Positions 22,699 through 29,630 of a stretch of 29,630 nt of DNA are shown piece by piece (position 1 is the first letter of the stretch; the number at the start of each line of letters is the position of its first letter). Under the pieces are notes generated by a model that had not been told where the DNA came from, did not search any database, and saw nothing but the letters and a program-made list of their open reading frames with translations. A program made the position numbers and the translations under genes. The DNA is from a virus (taxonomy: Duplodnaviria; Heunggongvirae; Uroviricota; Caudoviricetes), in the IMG/VR virus record IMGVR_UViG_2693429622_000002. The stretch is one strand, 5' to 3'.

Positions 22699-22927
22699 TA
22701 TAAGACGGTAATTCGCCATTTGGATTGTCCGCTCCACCCAACATGTTGTTTCCTTAAGGTTCTCACACCAGAAAGGACATCAACATGCTGAGCAGAGAGG
22801 ACTTTTACATGATAAAGCAAATGCGCCAGCAGGGCGCGTACATCGTCGATATTGCGACTCAGATTGGTTGCTCTGAACGGACGGTCAGACGCTACCTCAA
22901 ATACCCTGAACCGCCAGCCAGAAAGAC
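22684..22927 (+). mobile_element. istA: IS21-family element, 5' end only (terminal sequence plus first 47 codons of istA), cut by the assembly gap
   Basis: ORF 22785-22927 encodes MLSREDFYMIKQMRQQGAYIVDIATQIGCSERTVRRYLKYPEPPARK, which I recognise as an IS21-type IstA N-terminal HTH; boundary near 22676-22684 inferred from where the stf alignment breaks. Confidence 0.65.
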
Positions 22928-22936
22928 NNNNNNNNN
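22928..22936. other. Assembly gap (9 N)
   Basis: Run of n characters in the sequence. Confidence 1.
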
Positions 22937-24530
22937 TCAGGTGCTGGCGCGCTGGGACACGCCGAAGGTGGTGAAGGGCGTGAGCTTCCTGCTCCGTCTG
23001 ACCGTAACAGCGGATGACGGCAGTGAGCGGCTGGTCAGCACGGCCCGGACGACGGAAACCACTTACCGCTTCACACAACTGGCGCTGGGGAACTACAGGC
23101 TGACAGTCCGGGCAGTAAATGCGTGGGGGCAGCAGGGCGATCCGGCGTCGGTATCGTTCCGGATTGCCGCACCGGCAGCGCTGTCGCGGATTGAGCTGAC
23201 GCCGGGCTATTTTCAGATAACCGCCACGCCGCATCTTGCGGTTTATGATCCGACGGTACAGTTTGAGTTCTGGTTCTCGGAAAAGCGGATTGCGGATATC
23301 AGGCAGGTTGAAACCACAGCACGCTATCTTGGCACGGCGCTGTACTGGATAGCCGCCAGTATCAATATCAAACCGGGCCATGATTATTACTTTTATATCC
23401 GCAGTGTGAACACCGTTGGCAAATCGGCATTCGTGGAGGCTGTTGGTCAGCCGAGTGATGATGCATCCGGTTATCTGGATTTTTTCAAAGGCGAGATAGG
23501 GAAAACCCATCTGGCTCAGGAGCTGTGGACGCAGATTGATAACGGTCAGCTTGCGCCTGACCTGGCTGAAATCAGGACGTCCATTACGGATGTCAGCAAT
23601 GAAATCACGCAGACCGTCAATAAGAAACTGGAAGACCAGAGTGCGGCAATTCAGCAGATACAGAAGGTTCAGGTTGATACAAATAATAACCTGAACAGCA
23701 TGTGGGCTGTGAAGCTGCAGCAGATGCAGGACGGACGCCTTTATATCGCGGGTATTGGTGCCGGTATTGAGAACACCCCTGACGGCATGCAGAGTCAGGT
23801 GCTGCTGGCGGCGGACAGGATTGCGATGGTTAATCCTGCGAATGGCAACACAAAACCGATGTTTGTTGGTCAGGGCGATCAGATATTCATGAACGACGTG
23901 TTCCTGAAACGCCTGACGGCCCCCACCATTACCAGCGGTGGAAATCCATCGGCATTTTCCCTGACTCCGGACGGAAAGCTGACCGCTAAAAATGCGGATA
24001 TCAGTGGCAGTGTGAATGCGAACGCCGGGACGCTCAACAATGTCACGGTAAATGAAAACTGTACGATTAAGGGCATGCTGGAGGCGACTCAGGTCAGAGG
24101 TGACTTCGTTAAAGCTGTATCCAAATCATTTCCGAAACAGGCTGGTACGTGGGGTAACACGGAAACACCAAACGGGACGGTTACAGTCACCATAAGCGAT
24201 GATCATAACTTTGACCGCCAGATTATTATTCCGCCCATTATTTTTAACGGTATAGCGTATGACGATCCGGGGAGCGGAAATAACCCAGGAGGCACGCGAT
24301 ACACGGGTTATGGTTTTGAAGTTCGCAAAAACGGCGTATTAATCGCATCCAGAGAAACTAAAGGTGCCATTCCCGGTAGTTACAGTGCAGTTATTGATAT
24401 GCCTAGTGGTGGTGGTAGCGTCACTCTGGAGTTTAAGATTTTCCAGAAAGGCAATCAGGGGGCAGGCAATATCACCGACTGTACGGTGATTGTGACCAAA
24501 AAAGCGGCTTCCGGCATCAGTATTCGTTGA
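22937..24530 (+). CDS. J: J 3' fragment (C-terminal 531 codons), exact duplicate of 18519-20112
   Basis: Nucleotide-identical to the corresponding part of the full J as far as I compared; 5' end missing at the gap. Confidence 0.8.
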
Positions 24531-24552
24531 AATATTTATAACCCCAATAAAT

Positions 24553-24578
24553 GGCGTCAGGAATGACGCCTTTTTTAT
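24553..24578 (+). terminator. Intrinsic terminator after J (duplicate of 20135-20160)
   Basis: Identical hairpin and U-tract. Confidence 0.7.
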
Positions 24579-24600
24579 TGCAGAAAAGCGAGAGGTAATT

Positions 24601-25083
24601 ATGCGTAAAGTTTGTGCAGCCATTTTGTCCGCAGCCATTTGCCTGGCCGTATCCGGTGCGCCTGCATGGGCGTCTGAACATCAGTCCACGCTGAGCGCGG
24701 GGTATCTTCATGCCCGGACCAACGTTCCCGGCAGTGATGATCTGAACGGGATTAACGTGAAATACCGTTATGAGTTTACGGATACGCTGGGGCTGGTGAC
24801 GTCATTCAGCTATGCAGGAGACAAGAATCGCCAGCTGACCCGTTACAGCGATACCCGCTGGCATGAAGATTCCGTGCGTAACCGCTGGTTCAGCGTGATG
24901 GCGGGGCCGTCTGTGCGCGTGAATGAATGGTTCAGCGCGTATGCGATGGCGGGTGTGGCTTACAGCCGTGTGTCGACTTTTTCCGGGGATTATATCCGCG
25001 TAACTGACAATAAGGGGAAAACGCACGATGTGCTGACCGGAAGTGATGACGGTCGCCACAGCAACACGTCTCTGGCGCACTGA
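24601..25083 (+). pseudogene. lom: lom with an 83-bp internal deletion near the 3' end (frameshift, premature stop; C-terminal strands lost)
   Basis: Compared with 21709-22308: ..TCTGGCG[83 bp missing]CACTGACGG..; the deletion is flanked by a CTGGCG direct repeat in the intact copy; ORF ends ..NTSLAH*. Confidence 0.75.
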
Positions 25084-25144
25084 CGGTTTCATCGTGGGTG
25101 TCGGTTATAAATTCTGATTAGCCAGGTAACACAGTGTTATGACA

Positions 25145-25170
25145 GCCCGCCGGTTCAGGCGGGCTTTTTT
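25145..25170 (+). terminator. Intrinsic terminator after lom (GCCCGCC-GGTTCA-GGCGGGC + TTTTTTGT)
   Basis: Read directly. Confidence 0.7.
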
Positions 25171-25181
25171 GTGGGGTGAAT

Positions 25182-28100
25182 ATGGCAGTAAAGATTTCAG
25201 GTGTACTGAAAGACGGCACAGGAAAACCGGTACAGAACTGCACAATCCAGCTGAAAGCAAAACGTAACAGCACCACGGTGGTGGTGAACACGCTGGCCTC
25301 AGAAAATCCGGATGAAGCCGGGCGTTACAGCATGGACGTTGAGTACGGTCAGTACAGCGTTATTCTGTTGGTGGAAGGATTCCCGCCGTCACATGCCGGG
25401 ACCATCACCGTGTATGAAGATTCCCGACCCGGTACGCTGAATGATTTTCTCGGTGCCATGACGGAGGATGATGCCCGTCCGGAGGCACTGCGCCGTTTTG
25501 AGCTGATGGTGGAAGAGGTGGCGCGTAACGCGTCCGCGGTGGCACAGAACACGGCAGCCGCGAAGAAATCAGCCAGCGATGCCAGCACATCAGCCCGTGA
25601 GGCGGCAACCCATGCGACTGATGCTGCAGATTCAGCACGTGCAGCCAGCACGTCAGCCGGACAGGCCGCTTCGTCGGCTCAGTCAGCGTCTTCCAGCGCA
25701 GGAACGGCATCAACAAAGGCCACTGAAGCCTCAAAAAGTGCTGCCGCTGCAGAGTCCTCAAAAAGCGCGGCGGCTACCAGTGCCGGTGCGGCGAAAACGT
25801 TAGAAACGAATGCGGCAGCGTCACAACAATCAGCAGCCACTTCTGCATCCACCGCGACCACGAAAGCGTCAGAAGCTGCCACCTCAGCCCGGGATGCGTC
25901 GGCTTCAAAAGAGGCGGCAAAATCATCAGAAACGAACGCATCATCAAGCGCCAGTAGCGCAGCTTCCTCGGCGACGGCGGCTGCAAATTCTGCGAAGGCG
26001 GCCAAAACGTCCGAGACGAACGCCAGGTCTTCTGAAACGGCAGCGGGACAGAGTGCCTCAGCTGCGGCAGGCTCAAAAACAGCGGCTGCGTCGTCTGCCA
26101 GCGCCGCGTCAACAAGTGCCGGGCAGGCCTCAGCCAGTGCCACCGCCGCCGGAAAATCGGCAGAAAGCGCCGCATCATCCGCTTCAACAGCCACAACGAA
26201 GGCTGGCGAAGCCACTGAGCAGGCCACGGCAGCAGCGAGGTCAGCTTCCGCAGCGAAGACATCCGAAACGAACGCGAAAGCGTCGGAAACCCGTGCAGAA
26301 TCCTCAAAAACGGCTGCCGCATCGTCCGCCAGTTCGGCGGCGTCATCGGCATCATCGGCGTCTGCTTCAAAAGATGAGGCGACCAGACAGGCGTCAGCAG
26401 CGAAGGGCAGCGCCACGACGGCATCCACGAAGGCGACAGAGGCTGCTGGTAGTGCGACGGCAGCAGCTCAGAGCAAAAGTACGGCGGAATCTGCAGCAAC
26501 GCGCGCTGAGACAGCGGCAAAACGGGCAGAGGATATTGCATCCGCCGTGGCGCTTGAGGATGCGAGCACGACGAAAAAGGGGATAGTACAGCTCAGTAGT
26601 GCGACTAACAGCACTTCCGAGTCACTGGCGGCAACACCAAAAGCCGTTAAGGCCGCGTATGACCTGGCTAACGGGAAATACACCGCACAGGATGCAACGA
26701 CAGCACAGAAAGGGATAATCCAGCTAAGCAGCGCGACCAACAGCACGTCTGAAACGCTGGCGGCAACGCCAAAGGCAGTAAAAGCAGCCAATGACAATGC
26801 TGAGAAACGTCTGCAGAAAGATCAGAACGGTGCGGATATCCCTGGCAAAGACACCTTTACGAAAAATATTGGTGCCTGCCGTGCCTTCGGTGGGTCAGTA
26901 AGCACAACAACAGGAAACTGGACGACTGCACAGTTTATCGAGTGGCTGGATTCTCAGGGAGCATTTAACCATCCATACTGGATGTGCAAGGGTTCCTGGT
27001 CTTATGGCAATAATAAAATCATTACTGATACTGGCTGCGGTAATATTCATCTCGCCGGAGCTGTCATTGAAGTAATGGGGATAAAGTCAGCGATGACGAT
27101 CCGCATTACCACTCCGACCACATCCAGCGGTGGCGGAACAACCAACGCCCAGTTTACCTATATTAATCACGGAACAGATTATTCACCTGGCTGGCGAAGG
27201 GACTATAACTCCAGAAATAAGCCAACGGCATCAGAGATCGGGGCGCTACCGTCAGGTGGAACAGCAGTATCATCAGTTAATCTGGCTTCAAAAGGTCGGG
27301 TAGCCGCGCTGACAGACAATACGCAGGGGGCAGCAGGTCTTGAGTTATACGAGGTGTATAACAACGGATATCCAACAGCGTATGGAAATATCATTCACCT
27401 GAAAGGGATGACAGCCGTTGGCGAAGGTGAGTTACTCATCGGCTGGAGTGGTACAAGCGGTGCTCATGCTCCGGCATTTATTCGTTCACGACGGGATACG
27501 ACCGACGCAAACTGGTCGCCGTGGGCGCAGCTTTACACCTCGGCTCATCCTCCTGCAGAGTTTTATCCAGTCGGTGCACCAATCCCGTGGCCATCAGATA
27601 CCGTTCCGTCTGGTTATGCCCTGATGCAGGGGCAGACTTTTGACAAATCTGCTTACCCGAAACTTGCAGCCGCTTATCCGTCAGGCGTGATCCCTGATAT
27701 GCGTGGCTGGACGATTAAGGGCAAGCCCGCCAGTGGTCGTGCCGTATTGTCTCAGGAACAGGATGGCATTAAATCGCACACCCACAGCGCCAGCGCATCC
27801 AGTACGGATTTGGGGACGAAAACCACATCGTCGTTTGATTACGGCACTAAATCCACGAATAACACCGGGGCGCATACGCACAGTCTGAGCGGCTCTACAA
27901 GTTCAGCTGGGGCCCACCAACATAGTCAGACTGGGCCCAGAACGAATAGCGGGAGTCAACCTACTGGAATGTTTCCGGCAGGGAGTACTCAAGTTAGCGG
28001 GACTAATCAGGTTGGTATCAGTGGCTCATTAACCAGTGGCACCTCCCAATGGGTAGGTAAATCATCTTCAGAAGGAAACCATACACACTCACTGTCCGGC

Positions 28101-28265
28101 ACAGCAGCATCTGCGGGTGCACACGCGCATACTGTCGGTATTGGTGCTCATACGCACTCTGTTGCGATTGGTTCACATGGACACACCATCACCGTTAACG
28201 CTGCTGGTAACGCGGAAAACACCGTCAAAAACATCGCATTTAACTATATTGTGAGGCTCGCATAA
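25182..28265 (+). CDS. stf: Side tail fibre protein Stf (about 1027 aa from ATG 25182): N-terminal attachment domain, long Ala/Ser/Thr-rich repetitive shaft, C-terminal tip with repeated His-x-His motifs
   Basis: N-terminus [67 protein letters not shown] matches lambda Stf from memory; tip motifs [52 protein letters not shown] at about 27770-28195; GTG at 25176 is likely a track artefact. Confidence 0.9.
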   Translation: MAVKISGVLKDGTGKPVQNCTIQLKAKRNSTTVVVNTLASENPDEAGRYSMDVEYGQYSVILLVEGFPPSHAGTITVYEDSRPGTLNDFLGAMTEDDARPEALRRFELMVEEVARNASAVAQNTAAAKKSASDASTSAREAATHATDAADSARAASTSAGQAASSAQSASSSAGTASTKATEASKSAAAAESSKSAAATSAGAAKTLETNAAASQQSAATSASTATTKASEAATSARDASASKEAAKSSETNASSSASSAASSATAAANSAKAAKTSETNARSSETAAGQSASAAAGSKTAAASSASAASTSAGQASASATAAGKSAESAASSASTATTKAGEATEQATAAARSASAAKTSETNAKASETRAESSKTAAASSASSAASSASSASASKDEATRQASAAKGSATTASTKATEAAGSATAAAQSKSTAESAATRAETAAKRAEDIASAVALEDASTTKKGIVQLSSATNSTSESLAATPKAVKAAYDLANGKYTAQDATTAQKGIIQLSSATNSTSETLAATPKAVKAANDNAEKRLQKDQNGADIPGKDTFTKNIGACRAFGGSVSTTTGNWTTAQFIEWLDSQGAFNHPYWMCKGSWSYGNNKIITDTGCGNIHLAGAVIEVMGIKSAMTIRITTPTTSSGGGTTNAQFTYINHGTDYSPGWRRDYNSRNKPTASEIGALPSGGTAVSSVNLASKGRVAALTDNTQGAAGLELYEVYNNGYPTAYGNIIHLKGMTAVGEGELLIGWSGTSGAHAPAFIRSRRDTTDANWSPWAQLYTSAHPPAEFYPVGAPIPWPSDTVPSGYALMQGQTFDKSAYPKLAAAYPSGVIPDMRGWTIKGKPASGRAVLSQEQDGIKSHTHSASASSTDLGTKTTSSFDYGTKSTNNTGAHTHSLSGSTSSAGAHQHSQTGPRTNSGSQPTGMFPAGSTQVSGTNQVGISGSLTSGTSQWVGKSSSEGNHTHSLSGTAASAGAHAHTVGIGAHTHSVAIGSHGHTITVNAAGNAENTVKNIAFNYIVRLA

Positions 28266-28846
28266 TGGCATTCAGAATGAGTGAACAAGCACGGACCATA
28301 AAAATTTATAACCTGCTGGCCGGAACTAATGAATTTATTGGTGAAGGTGACGCATATATTCCGCCTCATACAGGTCTGCCTGCAAACAGTACCGATATTG
28401 CACCGCCAGATATTCCGGCTGGTTTCGTGGCTGTTTTCAACAGTGATGAGTCATCGTGGCATCTCGTTGAAGATCATCGGGGTAAAACGGTTTATGACGT
28501 GGCTTCCGGCGACGCGTTATTTATTTCTGAACTCGGCTCATTACCGGAAAATGTCACCTGGTTATCCCCGGAAGGGGAGTTTCAGAAGTGGAACGGCACA
28601 GCCTGGGTGAAGGATACGGAAGCAGAAAAACTGTTCCGGATCCGGGAGGCGGAAGAAACAAAAAACAGCCTGATGCAGGTAGCCAGTGAGCATATAGCGC
28701 CGCTTCAGGATGCTGTGGATCTGGAGATCGCAACGGAGAAAGAAACCTTGTTGCTGGAAGCTTGGAAAAAGTATCGGGTGTTGCTGAACCGTGTTGATAC
28801 ATCAACTGCACCGGATATTGAATGGCCAGTAGCACCTATAGGGTAA
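28265..28846 (+). CDS. tfa: Tail fibre assembly chaperone Tfa (193 aa)
   Basis: [54 protein letters not shown] matches lambda Tfa from memory; ATG overlaps the stf stop (TAATG). Confidence 0.9.
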   Translation: MAFRMSEQARTIKIYNLLAGTNEFIGEGDAYIPPHTGLPANSTDIAPPDIPAGFVAVFNSDESSWHLVEDHRGKTVYDVASGDALFISELGSLPENVTWLSPEGEFQKWNGTAWVKDTEAEKLFRIREAEETKNSLMQVASEHIAPLQDAVDLEIATEKETLLLEAWKKYRVLLNRVDTSTAPDIEWPVAPIG

Positions 28847-28930
28847 ATTCGTAATGATTACCTAAATACGTTATTCTTTTGTTAAAAAAGTGATTTTGCT
28901 ATAGGTAGGGAGTATGTTCTTGGATTAAGA

Positions 28931-28962
28931 ATAAAAAATCGCCATGAAAGAGCTTCATGGCG
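28931..28962 (-). terminator. Intrinsic terminator oriented for leftward transcription (CGCCATGAA-AGAGC-TTCATGGCG, then T-run on the minus strand)
   Basis: Perfect 9-bp inverted repeat at 28940-28962; on the minus strand it is followed by ATTTTTTAT (plus 28931-28939). Implies a leftward transcript originating to the right. Confidence 0.5.
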
Positions 28963-29630
28963 AGTACATAAACGTACAAAATGTGATGAAAGTAGAGTGG
29001 CGTAAGCCACTATATTAAGATATGACAATAGCGAAGAAAAGTAAATAACATTTTATGGACGTTTAATTGTTAATTATAAAAACTAGAGTGCCCGATATTG
29101 TTTATCTTGCTTTAAAATAATGTACTCAAACCAAATTTTTGAGCTAAAAGCTCAAATAATATAAATGCAATAATAATGTTTAATAAGACAATTAGCTTGC
29201 TTTGTATTTTCATTTCGGAATACTGTTAAGTAACTTTGATGACCCTAACAATAGATCGGAATTTTCTTAGAGTCAATGGTCACTGTTTTTGCTTGCAAAG
29301 CAAATGTTTTGGTGGTTATAAGTCGTCTTAATATAGTCACGCATGCAACTTGTTCCATGCGGAGATTAAAGATTGGAATATAACGCGAAGATGGAATTAA
29401 ATTACATTTGCAATAATTAATTTATTATTACTCAATAATTACCGATATTATTATTGTAAATTAATCATTAGAATGCAAAAAGAAATGTAACGGCAAAATA
29501 AGAGGACGATAGCTGAGAAAAAAGCGTGCTTTCCCAATCTGGGGCAAATCACGTCTGAATGACACCTGAAAACAGGTGGTAGCCTCAAGAAGGCTGGTGA
29601 TGCTGCCAACTTACTGATTTAGTGTATGAT

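Larger units (their letters stand above)
22937..24714 (+). repeat. Exact 1778-bp direct repeat, copy 2
   Basis: See copy 1. Confidence 0.85.

Noticed and set aside
22686-23510. 274-aa minus-strand ORF spanning the N run
   Set aside because: Antisense to the J fragment and IS piece, includes translated N characters; duplicate of the antisense frame within J.
18519-24714. Reading the three J/lom/stf pieces as a biological tail-fibre switching cassette (shufflon or invertible-segment-like)
   Set aside because: All copies are in the same orientation, no recombinase gene or inverted crossover sites are seen, and the junctions coincide with N runs and an exact repeat, which is what contig concatenation produces.
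25679-26586. Three long overlapping ORFs (two minus-strand Ala/Asp-rich, one plus-strand Arg/Gln/Pro-rich) inside stf
   Set aside because: All sit within the repetitive Ala/Ser-coding shaft of stf; the repeated GC-rich codons leave alternative frames stop-free by chance. The stf frame is the one with recognisable conserved ends.
28847-29630. Small ORFs in the AT-rich tail (for example a 35-codon minus-strand ORF MEQVACVTILRRLITTKTFALQAKTVTIDSKKIPIYC)
   Set aside because: No ribosome-binding site, and short frames arise readily; not enough evidence to call a gene.

Overview
This window is the late morphogenetic arm of a lambda-like (lambdoid) prophage, running from the cos packaging site through the head and tail genes to the side tail fibre and its chaperone: cos, nu1, A, W, B, C/nu3, D, E, FI, FII, Z, U, V, G/G-T, H, M, L, K, I, J, lom, stf, tfa, all on the + strand. 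Gene order, sizes and many protein sequences match phage lambda as I recall it; no search was run. The J-lom-stf region is present as three pieces separated by two short N runs, and a 1778-bp block is repeated exactly, so this part is best read as a scaffolding artefact joining related prophage contigs rather than real tandem structure. The middle piece carries a different J C-terminal domain, an intact lom, and an stf start cut short by an IS21-family fragment. The window is flanked by low-GC DNA at both ends: on the left a minus-strand pair (ribbon-helix-helix protein plus an unrecognised AT-rich ORF) just upstream of cos, and on the right about 700 bp of AT-rich sequence with no long ORF, ending in 35 bp that match the p15A replicon boundary from memory. 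I do not see a clear novel multi-gene system; the best candidates for follow-up are that left-end pair, a divergent cosN core, and the right-end AT-rich island.
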